A stretch of 64,000 nt of DNA from Octopus sinensis (Eukaryota): the NCBI RefSeq assembly GCF_006345805.1, contig NC_043000.1:101370001-101434000 (forward strand), written 5' to 3'. The notes below the pieces were generated by a model that was given only the letters and a program-made list of their open reading frames with translations, had not been told where the DNA came from and searched no databases. Shown here piece after piece: positions 37,255 to 50,460 of this stretch (position 1 is the stretch's first letter; every line of letters begins with the position of its first letter). A program made the position numbers and the translations under genes.

Positions 37255-37770
37255 ATCATCATCATCATCATCATCATCGTTTAACGTCCGCTTTCCATGC
37301 TAGCATGGGTTGGACGGTTCAACTGGGGTCTGGCGAGCCCGAAGGCTGCACCAGTCCAGTCAGATCTGGCAGTGTTTCTACAGCTGGATGCCCTTCCTAA
37401 CGCCAACCACTCCGAGAGTGTAGTGGGTGATTTTATGTGCTACCGACACAAGTGCCAGACGAGGCTGGCAGACGGCCACGCTCGGATGGTGTTTTTTATG
37501 TGCCACCGACACAGGTGCCAGACGAGGCTGGCAGACGGCCACGCTCGGATGGTGTTTTTTTATGTGCCACCGACACAGGTGCCAGACGAGGCTGGCAGAT
37601 GGCCACGCTCGGATGGTGTTTTTTTATGTGCCACCGACACAGGTGCCAGACGAGGCTGGTGAATGGCCATGATCGGATGGTGTTTGTTACATGCCCACAG
37701 CATGGAGGCCAGTCGATGCGGTACTGGCTACGGCCACGTTCGGATGGTTTTCTTATGTGCCACCGGCACT
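37255..37770 (-). mobile_element. RTE LINE 3' UTR fragment with four near-identical 63-64-bp tandem units
   Basis: accgacaca recurs at 37442, 37505, 37569 and 37633; (CAT)n tail and ccatgctagcatgg palindrome. Confidence 0.92.
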
Positions 37771-37996
37771 ATATATATAGGTCTATATACATATATATGT
37801 ATGTGCATATATATGTGCATATATATATATGTATACAAGTATGCATATACTTATCTGTGTAAGTGGTGCCCCAGCATGTCCATGGACTAAAACTAAGGTA
37901 ATATATGTGTGTGGTATATATATATATAATATACACACATATATATGTATATATGCATATATATATAATATATATACACACACACATATATATATG

Positions 37997-38055
<59 letters not shown>

Positions 38056-38109
38056 CAGATACATATATATATGTATATATGCATATATATATATATATAT
38101 AAATGTATA

Positions 38110-38146
<37 letters not shown>

Positions 38147-38239
38147 TGATAGATATAGATATATATTTATGTATATATTTATATATATACATACGTATTT
38201 ATATTTATATATATAAATAACTTTGATAACTTAGATATA

Positions 38240-39465
38240 TTTTGACCAAACATGGGATCTTTTTCCTCTTTGATCTGTTTCGGACAATGTTAGATAAGGC
38301 AGGGCCTGTTGAGGAAAAGAAATTGTGTTGCAGTGTATTTATGCATTGTGACCTTGAACAGAGTAGGGACATATGGTCCATGGTTCTAACCTTGGACAAA
38401 TTTTGAAGCTAATGTTGAGGTCTTTTGGACAATGCTGGTGGCATATTCTCCACATCATGTAAATGATGTATCATGCATGGTGGTGCTGAAGAGAATAGAA
38501 TTTCAATGCTTCAATGTAGTCCCAATAACTGAAATCAGTCACGCCCTTAATTCTTTAAGTGAATGTTCTCTGGGGAGATTCAATTTTCCAAATGTTTTGT
38601 TTTGTATGGGGAGACCACAGGGGGCAACAGTATTCGTGGTGTATAAAGGAAGTGAAAAGAAGAATGATGACACCTTGTTCTCTGGACCAGAAGCTTCTTA
38701 GGATAAAGGAGCTCATCCTATGAGCTATATCAACCTTATTATTGATGTGGGCACTCCAGCTGAGATTGTTGTCAACAATTACTCCTAGGTCTCTCATATT
38801 ATTAGATGCTGTGAGTGGTTCCCCTGAAAGAAAAGAGCATGGCTGTTTTAGCATAGTCTTTCTTCCAAAATGCACCAGTTCAAATTTTCCCTTGTTTAGT
38901 TGCAATTTGTTTTTGTCCGCCCATTGACTCACAGCATGTCGATCAGACTTGAGTTCTGTTTGATCTTCTCTATTGATAATTTTCTGGAACTTGAAGTCAT
39001 CAATGAATATTTTCACTTTGCTGTGTTTTATGACACTGGAAAAGCCGTTTATATAGACTATAAAGAGAAGTGGGATCAAGACAGCCCCCTGAGGCAACTT
39101 TTGATGGGGTTCAGTGAATTTCATCGATCACATGTTGTGCACTGTTCCTCACGAAATACTCAAATCCCATGTAGTAGTTTTTCACGGATTCCAACATTTG
39201 ACAATTTTGACAGTAGGATATTGTGGCCGACTCTGTTGAATGCTTTACTGAAGTTATGATATATGACATCAGAGTTTGAACCTGATCTCAAGGCTTTAAG
39301 GATATCATCATTGTGGTTTAAGAGCTGTGTTAGACAGTCCCTGCTGTAGCAAAAGCCATACTGGTTTGAATTTAGGAGATTATGGCTCTCCAGGAAGCCA
39401 GCTATTCTTGATCTCACCATCCTTTCAAACACTTTAATGATAAGGGAGGTGAGTGAGACTGGGCG
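38240..39465 (-). pseudogene. CR1-group LINE reverse transcriptase fragment
   Basis: ORF 39160: RPVSLTSLIIKVFERMV...QYGF...FSKAFNRVGH; ORF 38555: PQGAVLIPLLFIVYIN...FIDD...RDLGVIVDNNLSWSAHI...EYCCPLWSPH. Confidence 0.9.
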
Positions 39466-39631
39466 AGATATACATATACTTATATATATATATATACATG
39501 CACACACACACACACACATAAATACATACACACGCACACACACACACTCATATATATATGATAATTTTCTTATTTTGTTTTTGTACTTGGTTTGTAAGAT
39601 TCTTGATGTGAATTCCTTTGATGAAACCAAT

Positions 39632-40028
39632 TTTGTTGTATATTGGGAGAGTCATAAAGCCAATAATAAACATATGCACTGGTCCTATTTCACTTCTTTT
39701 ATCATTATTAATCAACTAGGCAACCATTTACATTATAAATTAATCAATTTCTTCATTAATTGTTTGATCAATCAATCAAGCTGTTGTGTTTGTAAAAGTC
39801 CTTTCATCACTATTCATGACCTCATAAATGAAATGCCTTCTCTACTCCCACTCTGCTTCAGATCTTTGACAAATCTAGCAGCTTGACTGACCAAACAATT
39901 AATCGAACTGTATATTGGTTAATTGGTTAGGTGGTTAACTAGCTGACGAATAAAAATAAAAGAAGTAAAATAGACTCTGTGTATGTGTTTATTATTGCAA
40001 TAATGGCCCTCCCAAGATACTATAAAAT
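39632..40028. mobile_element. Old ~400-bp fold-back/MITE-like palindrome
   Basis: Inverted arms ~170 bp: ttgggag...caataataaaca...cttcttttat vs ataaaagaag...tgtttattattg...ctcccaa; ttaattgtttg/caaacaattaa near the centre. Confidence 0.75.
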
Positions 40029-41302
40029 TTAGTAAAGTTCTTAGTCTTAGCTAAGTTTTACTTCATTGCTATATAAAGATACAACAGCCAAATGTGTCCC
40101 AAATTATGTCTTACTGTTTTTTTTTTTTAATGGATACATTGGATAGTGATGTCCAAGATGCACTGTTCCTGGACAAATTTGTAGTGGATATAGCTAGAAT
40201 ACTTTTGATCAGAGGCAAGCTAGTGCTAAACAACTACAGCAACAACAGCATATATCAACTTGACAGGTTGTTGACTATATGGTAGTTATTGTGTGACATT
40301 CTTCTGCCATCAAATAAAAAGAAAAAAAACGCAACATTCGCAGACATCAACATGAATATTACATTATGGTTTGGCAGAAATTCTTGATGTTCAAATGGTA
40401 ATCATTTTAACCAAAATTCTTTCTTCTGTAGTCATAATAATTCTACCATTACCTTGCAGTTATAGTCTAACATAATTATTTCAAAACATCCTATCCTTCG
40501 AAAGTTATATAAATATACACCTCACAGGAACAAACATCTGTGTAGTTAAGTTTAGATTTACAGACTTATATCATTTCTCTGTCTTCTCCTCTCTCGCTCT
40601 TTCTCTTCTGTTTAAACATTCATATCCACAGATAATAATCCGATTTACACATAGTCCAATGCTGATTTTTAGTTTTTTGATTTTGTTTTTTATCATTTTA
40701 TCTATAAGATTTTGGTCTGTTATATTTGAATTTATGGTGACTATTTTACCTCCAAAAATGGAAATCCGTGAAAAAAAAAAATGTCAAAATGTAAAAGAAT
40801 AACTTCATTTTTTTTTTTCCTATCAGTACAATCTAGATGTTATTTCTAATCCTTTTACTTTATAGTGTGACAAAATGTAAGCGAAAGTGAATAAACTGTA
40901 TTTATATATTTATTTTATTTGATTTTTGTTTATATTTCTTTTTTTTTTTTTTACACCAGCCATTCCCCAGTCTCCAGATTATCCAAAAATTTATTTTAGA
41001 ATTTTTGGTTCCATGGAAATAAATAAAAATTCAAAAAAGAAATGCTGAATTTCCAAGAAATATCTTTTATTAAGTAATATCATTTTTTGTGTGTGCATAA
41101 GTTTTGCAAGTTTAATACTTGCTTAGGTGCAAAGGGAAAGAAAAAAATTATTCAGAATTTACCAATATTGTAATTGCAAAGGTATTGTCTGGTTCCAGTG
41201 CTTTCTTGGAGATAAATACTTTCGTGTATGACACAAGGTAGTGGCCCATCAGCTTTTTGGAAAACATTAATTCAGGAATTTGAATCTTTGTTGTTGGTGG
41301 TG

Positions 41303-41510
41303 TTGGCAGAATTATTAGCACACTGGGCAAAATACTTCACAGCATTTCATCCATCTTTAGATACTGAATACAAATTCCAGCAAAGTTGACTTTATCTTTC
41401 ATCCTTTTAGAGTTGATAAATAAGCACTTGATATGCACTGTTTGGGCAGTGGGGTATAATAAACTTATCCCTTCCCCCAAATTTCAGGCCCTGTGTCTAT
41501 AGTAGAAAGA
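41303..41510 (+). mobile_element. SINE family B
   Basis: ttggcagaattattagcacactgggcaaaatac...gttgactttatctttcatcc. Confidence 0.75.
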
Positions 41511-42223
41511 ATTATTATTTATTGGCAGAATGGTTACTTACATTTGTAAGTGTACAAATATTTTCTATATTATTATTATTGTGGTTGTTGTCATTGTTTA
41601 CAGAGTGTGGTGGATGGGCTTCTTCCAGTTTCTATCAAATAAATACAATCATAAGCTATTCTTACCCAAGGTTACATTCATTGGGACTGAACCAGAAGCC
41701 ATATAATCGGAAAGTGAACCTCTTCACCACGCAACCAATACAGTTATATATTTGAGTGTATGTGTAGAAAGGTTCAGTAAAAAAGTAGAGGCCATATCTA
41801 AAGTAAGACACTGGGACTTGCTCATGCAGCATACAGGCTATCCTTGTGCAAGAGGTAGATATTAAGTAGGACTGTAATTCTTAACTGGGAGAAGGGAGTT
41901 GAGGACTCCAGCATAAAATGTTTTTGGGGAAAACATTCTTTATCATTAATTACACTGTTTTTGCTAAATTGATTTTCATTAAAGCTGATTTTTAAGTTAT
42001 TAGTGATGTTAAATTAATATCACATCCTTTATTATAAGGATACTAATTATGTTTAATTAAAGTAATGTTGATCATGATGATCTCATCATCTTTGTTTTAA
42101 TATATGCTTTTCCATGCTTGTATGGGTCAGATGAAATTAAATGAGGCAGATTTTCTATGACTGGATGCTCTTCTTGTTATCAGCCTTCATCAGCCTCAAA
42201 CAAATTAAAATTTCCTCTAGTCA

Positions 42224-42432
42224 AGGCAGCAAGCTGGTAGAATCATTAGTATGGCAGGCAAACTGCTCAGCAGCATTTTATCTATCTTTACATTCTGAGT
42301 TCAAATTCTACTTGGTTCAACTTTGTCTTTCATCCTTTCGGGGTCAATGAAATAAGTACCAGTTGAGCACTGGGATTGATGTAATCAACCTCTACCTTCC
42401 CCAGAACTTGCTAGCCTTGTGCTAAAATTTGA
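42224..42432 (+). mobile_element. SINE family B
   Basis: ggcagcaagctggtagaatcattag...gagttcaaattc...ctttcatcctttcggggtc. Confidence 0.8.
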
Positions 42433-42699
42433 GTGTGTGCATTTGTATAGGGAAAGTGTGTGTGAGAGAGAGAGGAAAGAAAAATCTAAACAGGTCTGAA
42501 TGCTGTTGAATAAGAATACCTTGTGTTGTACTTGTTCCTTCTGAATTAGAAAAACAATGCCTTGTCACTCTTGCATTGGAAATACAGTAAATTGGACATA
42601 GGCTTGCTAGAAACCTGTAATCGATCCTGTATTGTTATTTAGCAAAATGAGATAGAAAACATAAGTGCATGAACCTCCATAGAACATTCTATTCTAGTC

Positions 42700-42988
42700 T
42701 CCTTCAATCATTTGTCTATATCTTTGTTTACAGTTCCCAATACACCAATTATTATTAGCACAATTATCATAGGCACAACAGATTTGACAGTTTGGAAAGA
42801 AAAACTCCTGGCATTGGGCTACAACAAGTAACCTTAGATGCCAAGAATCTTCCTAAGTATCCTAGCTGTCCCTAATAACACTGTTTTCTGAAGCTGTACT
42901 AAATTGGATTTTATGTCTGTTACCTCTATCCATCTGTTCAGATCTTTAGGGAAAGTTCCTAATACACCTATAGCTACTGGGATATATT
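42700..42988 (-). pseudogene. R4/Dong-type non-LTR C-terminal fragments
   Basis: YIPVAIGVLGTFPKDLNRWIE...LQKTVLLGTARILRKILGI* (42833-42986); a second IIIGVLGTVNK piece at ~42722-42760. Confidence 0.75.
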
Positions 42989-43373
42989 CTACATTGTTAT
43001 TGTTATTGTTTTCTCTTTATCACAGGTTTTGTTGGAACTCTTGGAATCTTGCATGCATAGCGGGCTTACTGCTTGCAGCCAATGGTACCATGCTATTTGT
43101 TCTTTTCAGTTATCTAATATTTCCCTGAGGCAAACCGTTTATAACAGTTCTACTGGGCACTCTATTCCAATTTCCTTGATATTCCTCTTGATGCTTAATG
43201 GCATGATATTGTAAGGATCTTTTGGATGATAACTGATGAAGAATTAGCAATGTCTCCTCTTGTATATGAATTTTCTCTGTGTTCCTTTCTTGCATTTCTG
43301 TTCAAATTTTGGATCTTATTATTTAATGTAATACTATGCATACTCCTTATTTTTTACCCATTCAATTGAATGC

Positions 43374-43442
43374 ATACATACATACATACATACATACATA
43401 CATACATACATACATACATACATACATACATACATACATACA

Positions 43443-43471
<29 letters not shown>
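43374..43471. repeat. (CATA)n microsatellite
   Basis: Perfect tetranucleotide run. Confidence 0.95.
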
Positions 43472-43478
<7 letters not shown>

Positions 43479-44704
43479 TATATACTGTTACAGACATTAG
43501 GAAAATGTTATAGATAGTTTTTATGTTGTTACTGCTCTTGTGTGTTAGAATTTTGGCTATGAATTTTTGAAGAGTAGTATTTGTTTTGGATACAGTTCTG
43601 TGCTATGTATTTTGCAAAATTTTGTAAATTTTCTATGAGAGATCCTTGCTGTAAGGTAGAAACTGTGGAATTCATTTTAATTTCTACATTTTGTTTGAGA
43701 GAGGCTTCAGGCCCAATATTTATATTAGTTTTACAGGAATATATTGTTTTAAGTGATTTATTTCTTGTTTATAAGCCTCATAGTAAGGCTAAATGCATAT
43801 GATCAGCAGATCAAGTTCCCTGAAGGAAAGTAAATTCAGAGAAATGAATAGGAAAAATAAAAAGAAAAAACAAACAAGCATGGCCTCAGCCGGATGGCTG
43901 AAACAAGTAAAAGAGTAAAAGAGTAAAATGTGAAAGTAAAAGATAGAGGAAAGAAAACAAGGAATTGTGAAACATAAGATTTGGAATAATTCAAGACATG
44001 GGGAATGTATTTGTGCGAGGGTGAGAGAGAGAGAGAGAGAGATTGTAAAGAAAGACAGGACTGAAGGGTTGAGAAACAAATGGCTTTTTCTCTCAGTTTT
44101 AAGGTAGAGGAAAATGAGTGAGAAAAGGAGTGGTGAGCACCAGAAAGGGAAAAACAGTGGTATGAAAGAAAGAAGAGTCAGCATGAGCAAGGTTGGTTTA
44201 GAATTCTTTTTTATGCTTTAGTCAAGTGAAAGAAGGGAAGTCGTCATCATTAATCATGCAGATCCTCTGAGATTAGTTACTCATAAAGAGGAAGAAATTG
44301 GAGACCTAACTTCAAATTCTTAGAACACAATGGTTTCCATTAACAACACATAAGCATTAGATGGTTGTGGTTGTGGTTGTGGTATGATGTCTGTCTATCC
44401 AAAGAAAAGTTACAGTCTATCTTTCAAACTTCTTCTGCAGAGTTTCTGTTTATGCAGAATTGCTTATAAAACATGAATCCACTTGAAACTATAGTAGGAG
44501 ATACTTGTTCAAAGTGTTAAGTTGCTAGAATTCAGAACCAAGTGATTGTAATGGAAGCCTCTTAACCACTCAAGTTCTTACCTCCCAGAATATTGGTTCC
44601 TCTGGAATTCTTTTCTCTGGAGCCTACTCTTTTGGAACACATCTGTCTGTCAGTCTATCTCTCTCTTCTTTATAGCAAGTGTCAGATTGCAGCAATTTAA
44701 GCAG

Positions 44705-44914
44705 GACATAAAAAGCACTAGTGATAGTGCCGTGTAAAAAGCACCCAGTACACTCTGTAAAGTGGTTGGGAATTAAGAAGGGCATCCAGTGGTAGAAACC
44801 AAGCCAAAATTGACTAGGGAACCTGGTGTGGCTCCCAATCTTCCCAGCTCTGATCAAACTGTCCAATCCATGCCAGTATGGAAAACAAACATAAATGATG
44901 ATGATGATGATGAT
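44705..44914 (+). mobile_element. RTE LINE 3' UTR/tail fragment
   Basis: cgtgtaaaaagcaccc...gaagggcatccag...ccatgccagtatggaaaa...(GAT)n. Confidence 0.8.
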
Positions 44915-45589
44915 GGGTATCAGTGTCACTGGTGTTGTGGGGCCTGCAAAAGCTATGAACATGATTCTTCCTCAAGACCCTGTAAAAAAAATGTGGGGGG
45001 AGGCTTGGGGAAAATACTTTATTAAAAAATGTTGAAAGATAATTAAAAGAAAGGTAAAAATAAATGTAAGAGAGGAAAATGGACTTTGGCTTAGAGAATC
45101 AGGAAGATGTAAAGAGACAAATGGGAAATCAAGAGACTACAGAATGAATAATGAAGAATATAAGACTTCTTCTATACAGAAAAGTATGTAGCATAGATAA
45201 ACACCAAAAATTAATTAACCAATTTGTTAGCGACCCACCTGAGATTGTTTGTAGTTCTATCATATAAAACTTCATATTTTAAAGAGTTCATATTTTCAAT
45301 CAAAGCTTTGCCATTATGTTTTTCTTTTATAGAAAAAAAACAACTTTTTGTTAAATTATGTCCCAAACATCGATTCATTATACCAGTAAATGGAACCAAT
45401 GTTGTCAGTAAACCTATAGGAAATAGCAGACGAATTTCCCACCACCTATTCATCCAAATCACACACTATTGTCATAAATAATGGATGATACTTTGAACAA
45501 TGAAGTCTCTCTTATACAATATGATGAAGTAATCATGGCTGGAATGTCTCTAGTCATAGGTCTACTCAGTCAGATCTGACTTGGGGTTA

Positions 45590-45633
45590 ACCACCACCAC
45601 CACCACCACCACCAACAACAACAACAACCACAG

Positions 45634-45676
<43 letters not shown>

Positions 45677-45705
45677 CACCACCACCACCACCACTACTAC
45701 TGCAA
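45590..45705. repeat. Compound (ACC)(AAC)(TAC)(CAC) microsatellite
   Basis: Adjacent in-phase triplet runs; a similar (AAT)(TTC)(CTC)(TAC)(AAT) compound lies at 56958-57162. Confidence 0.95.
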
Positions 45706-46200
45706 CAGTAACATTATCAACAACCAACCAATGGAAAAGCTAATTTGTTTTTTTTTTTCTGTACCCTCCCAAAATTAAAATTATTTTCAGCATTAATTGT
45801 GACTCACATGCAAAGTTTGTTCTTGTAAAGACCTTGGCTTGGACAGCTTTGGTTTAGCAACAATGATTATTGTATCCTGCTTTCATATACATCAGCAAAG
45901 GAAATAAACGTGTGTGTGTGTGTATGCATGTGCATACATATGTGTATCTGTGCATGTGTGTGTGATGCTTTGCCAGTTCTTCCTTTGGGTCTGGAAGTAT
46001 TTTGCACCATTCCTCATCTTATTTCTGTATCAGTATTTTGGCTTCCTTGCTGGCAAATTACAGAATGTAGTTTAGAATAAAACTCTATGTATAGCATAAC
46101 CAACCTCTACATCACATAGACAACTCAGAAGTTGGAAATATATTAGAAAAGGGAAAAGTCAAACATCTTAGGTAGAACATATATATATATACACACATAC

Positions 46201-46353
46201 AACAGGCTTCTTTCAGTTTCTGTCTACCAAATCCACTCACAAGGCTTTGATTGGCCTGAGGTTATTAATAGAAGACACTTGCCCAGGTTGCCATGCAGTG
46301 GGACTGAACCCGGAACCATGTGGTTGGGAAGCAAGCTTCTTATCACACAGCCA
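46201..46353 (-). mobile_element. SINE family A, 5' part
   Basis: Reverse complement of the 36793 head; further partial copies at 41625-41735 (-), 44440-44570 (-) and 47700-47845 (+). Confidence 0.88.
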
Positions 46354-47645
46354 CGACAAAAAAAACCTTATATGGACCTCTAAGGGTCATATAGACCCTG
46401 GTTGAGAACCACTGGACTAAATTCTTCAAGGCTGTACCCCAGCATGGCCACAGTCCAATGACCGAAACAAGTAAAAAAGGAAAGATGCACCAGTATTAGT
46501 TTCTTCTATTCTACTGCTTGCTCAGCATGACTTGATGTGCTGCTTGTAGCTAAGCCATACTAAATGTAGCTACCTCTATCCTCTAAGTCTGATTGAAAAC
46601 AACTAAATGATGCTACTTGACATCTACAAGAATCAGCAAGAACAAAGCAGGAATCAAAAAAAAAAAAAGAAAAAAGCTGAAAATGAATGTAATTGGATAA
46701 TTAGCAATTAGCTTGGCTGTTTGATTCATGCTACAGATAAAACTGCTTGAAGGCATATAGGTTCTGGAAATTTCTAGAGAACTCTAGTACTTTAGTGCCT
46801 CTCTTAACTCAAACAAAATCAAAATAAATTCTTATGTCTATGTCTTTTGAATATTTCTTTATCTTTAAGAGACTGTAACCGATAATTCCATTTGGTTTTG
46901 ATATAGAACACAGAATCAATAACATGTTATTCTATTTTAGAAATGACAATTTCTTTTCTTTACATTCTTTTATTGTTGTTATTGTTGTTGATGTACTTCT
47001 TATCACTCTAGATTATATTTTGAACTATTAATCTGCAGAAAAACTGAAAATAAATCATAATTTAACCTCTAATAGAATCTACTCAGCCAGGAATAATTGC
47101 ATCTTTGAAGTTAATTGCATGGTCTCAGGAAACTGCATAAATCAGTGTCTCTAATTGCCCTAAAGTACTAACAGAGGTGCAGTAATTACCAAAATTGCAA
47201 TCAAATTTATGAGTTGGCTAATTGTTAACGTGGGTTAGATTAAGGTTAATGAAGCATTTAATTCTTGGCTGTTATTCTATTCCCCTATCATTTACACTTT
47301 GTTACATTGTCACTGGATACAGACAATAGATTTAAATCTCAGTATGTGCTTGTCATTTTCTTAGGTGTATTGTAAGATTTGAAATGTCTTTTTACTTTTT
47401 CTTTTCTTTCTTTTTATATATATCTGACACATGACTTATTTTGCAGCAAAGGATAGTTGGTGCCAGATTGAGTTATTGACAAGTTCTTCAATTAGTTGTT
47501 ATCGCTAGTTTGGAATTCTACTCTTATGGTGTTTTACCTTTACCTTCATAAGCATAAACTACATTTACTGCCTATTTATCTCACATGCACACAAATTCGA
47601 CAGAAAAGGACTGACATACAGCTACACACACCAATAGACACAAAC

Positions 47646-47696
<51 letters not shown>

Positions 47697-47875
47697 TGTG
47701 TGTGGTAAGAAATTTATTTTTTCCAACCACATGGTTCTGGATTCAGATCCCTGCCACCTTGGACAAGTACCTTCTACTATAGCTTTGGGCTAACCAAATC
47801 CTTGTGAGTGTATTTAATTGATGGAGACTAAAGGAATCCTGTTGCATATATATATATATATATATATATATAAAG

Positions 47876-47923
47876 GTCTTACAGCTGTTTCCAGGACATT
47901 CTATATATCCCTTCATCAGAGAC
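47876..47923 (-). ncRNA. Penelope-type minimal hammerhead motif with intact core
   Basis: gtct CTGATGA agggatat ataga atgtcctg GAAA CAGCTG TA agac; stem I gtct/agac, palindromic stem III, GUA cleavage triplet. Confidence 0.8.
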
Positions 47924-47984
47924 AGTGCGAGAAAAAGGTTAAGCAATAGTTATTCTAGAGAAGATATGAAATAGAGAGTGAAGT

Positions 47985-48034
<50 letters not shown>

Positions 48035-48750
48035 TGTGTGTGTGTGTGTGATAGCTTAGGTGTAACAGTACTAATAATCTGCTATTACTATTAGAAATCA
48101 GTGTATATATGCTTCAAAATAAAGTGTTAGTTGACTGCTGAGTTTGTTATGAAATTAATGGATTGACAAGAGAACAGAAAGTATGTAATTAACTTCATTA
48201 GATTACAGTTGTTTCTGCTACAAAAAGCAGTACACTCAGAGAGGAGTATTTGTGTATTATCTTATAACTTCATTGAAGCTTTTAAAATGAAGAGCATGTG
48301 TATTTGTGAAAGCATTTGAATACATGGGAAAAGATCTCCATCAAAAAGATAAAAATACAGAAGAAATGGCATATGGAATCTGAAGGATAGAAACCACTCC
48401 CATAAGAATATCCAGAGTTAAATAATCATATCTATATATACACAGGTGTGTAATAAACACAAAAATAACCAGTTATTCACATTCACAGAGAAATGTACCG
48501 AGAATATGTATGTTAAACACATTTATCACATACTTGGAGACTTCAGCTGCACTTAATTATAGTTCTTTCTATTGCAGTTATACTAATCGTTATTTTTTAT
48601 TTTTCATTATTAGTAGTTTATATTGTTTTTGGGAACCATACTACTTCCTTGATTCTCCAAAATACTAAGCTCTTCTATTCAATTATCCAAAATGCCTCTT
48701 ATACTTAGCACAACATGATCTATAATCTAACCTAGATTTTCTAAATTGAT

Positions 48751-48781
<31 letters not shown>

Positions 48782-48993
48782 GATATGAATGTATGTATGT
48801 GTGTGTATTTATGTGCGTGCATATATCTTCTCAACCTTATATGCATACATATATGTAAACATTCACATGTGTACACTCATTTCCCTTTTAATTATTTACT
48901 CAAAACCTCTTGCCTGTGTGTCTGTGGGTGTGTGGGTGTATATATATACATATATACATATATATACACAAACACATATATGTATATACATAT

Positions 48994-49046
<53 letters not shown>

Positions 49047-49092
49047 AACACATATATACATATACATATATATATATATATATATACATACA

Positions 49093-49133
<41 letters not shown>

Positions 49134-49504
49134 ATATATATATATATAATATATATATATGTATAAATAATGAGTCTGTTTCACCTACTTCTGATAATAT
49201 ATATTTACACATATATATGTGAGTGTGTGTATGGAGGAGGGAGTTAAACAAAACAAGAAAAAAGATCAAGATATAGACACTTCCTGTGAGAGAAGACTTA
49301 TATATATATATAGATTACTTGCTGACAGAACACCAACCTGACTTCTAACAAAGCACAAAATGTGAAAGTATATGGAAATAATAAATGCAACATTTTATAA
49401 TCAAGGAGCTTTTTGTCTATACATATAATTTGTCAAATTATTCGTCAGGTAAAAGCTTTACATTTATCTGACTTCTGATCCAAGATAAATTACTTCATTA
49501 TATA

Positions 49505-49980
49505 TCTTTTATCTTTTATTTGTTTCAGTCATTAGACTGTGGCTATGCTGGGGCATCACCTTGAATTTTTAGTTGAATGAATCAACCCCAGCAGTTATTT
49601 TTTAAGCCTGGTACTTACTATATCAGTTACTTTGGTCAAACTGCTAAGTTATGGGGATGCAAACACACCAACAACAGTTGTCAAGTGGTGTGGTGTGTGA
49701 CAAACACAGACACAAAGACACACATACACAGATACATACATACATATACATATATATGTATATGTGTGATATGTATTTTACATACATACATATACATATA
49801 TATGTATATATACATACATATATATGCATGACGGGCTTCTTTCCATTTCCATCTACCAAATCCATTCAGGAGGCGATGGTCAGCCTGAGGCTATAGTAGA
49901 AGACACTTGCTCAAAGTGTCATGCAGTGAGACTGAACCTGAAAACATGAGGTTTAGAATCAAGCTTTTTACCACAAAGCT
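49505..49980 (-). mobile_element. SINE family A-related copy, full length
   Basis: Head at 49830-49980, internal microsatellite, tail ctaatgactgaaacaaataaaagataaaaga. Confidence 0.85.
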
Positions 49981-50298
49981 CGTGAAATTAATGTGCAAGT
50001 GGCTGAGCACTCCACAGACACGTGTACACTTAGCATAGTTCCTGGGGAGATTCAGCATGACACAGAGTGTGACAAGGCTGGCCCTTGGAAATACAGGTAC
50101 AACAGAAACAGGAAGAAAGAGTAATAGAAAGTTGTGGAAAAAGAATACAGCAGGGTTCGCCACCACCTCCTGCCAGAGCCTCATGGAGCTCTAAGTGTTT
50201 TCACTCAATAAACACTCACAATACCCTGTCTGGGAATCGAAACCACGATCCTATGACCGCAAGTCCACTGCCCTAACCACTGGGCCATTGCACCTCCA
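49979..50298 (-). mobile_element. SINE family C variant
   Basis: A box tggcccagtgg, B box ggtttcgattcc; 3' body shared with 17870-17950. Confidence 0.85.
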
Positions 50299-50460
50299 CA
50301 CATTTATATACACATACATATATACACATATAAACATATAGATGTATTCATACATATATTTGTGTGTATGTATGTATTCATACATTTATATATATGCACA
50401 CACACACACATACACCCACATATATGTATGTACATATATCTATATATCTATATATATATA

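Noticed and set aside
37431-37680. Regular 63-64-bp repeats resembling a CRISPR array
   Set aside because: Units repeat along their whole length with no unique spacers, lie in an RTE 3' UTR, and there are no cas genes in this eukaryotic context.
39939-39951. 13-bp inverted match (actagctgacgaa) to the putative Helitron 3' end at 12502-12514
   Set aside because: The match does not extend, and the other palindrome arm differs; probably chance.
45211-45481. ORF pair with a YRFTDNI word faintly like an RT motif in another frame
   Set aside because: A single short motif with no supporting neighbours.
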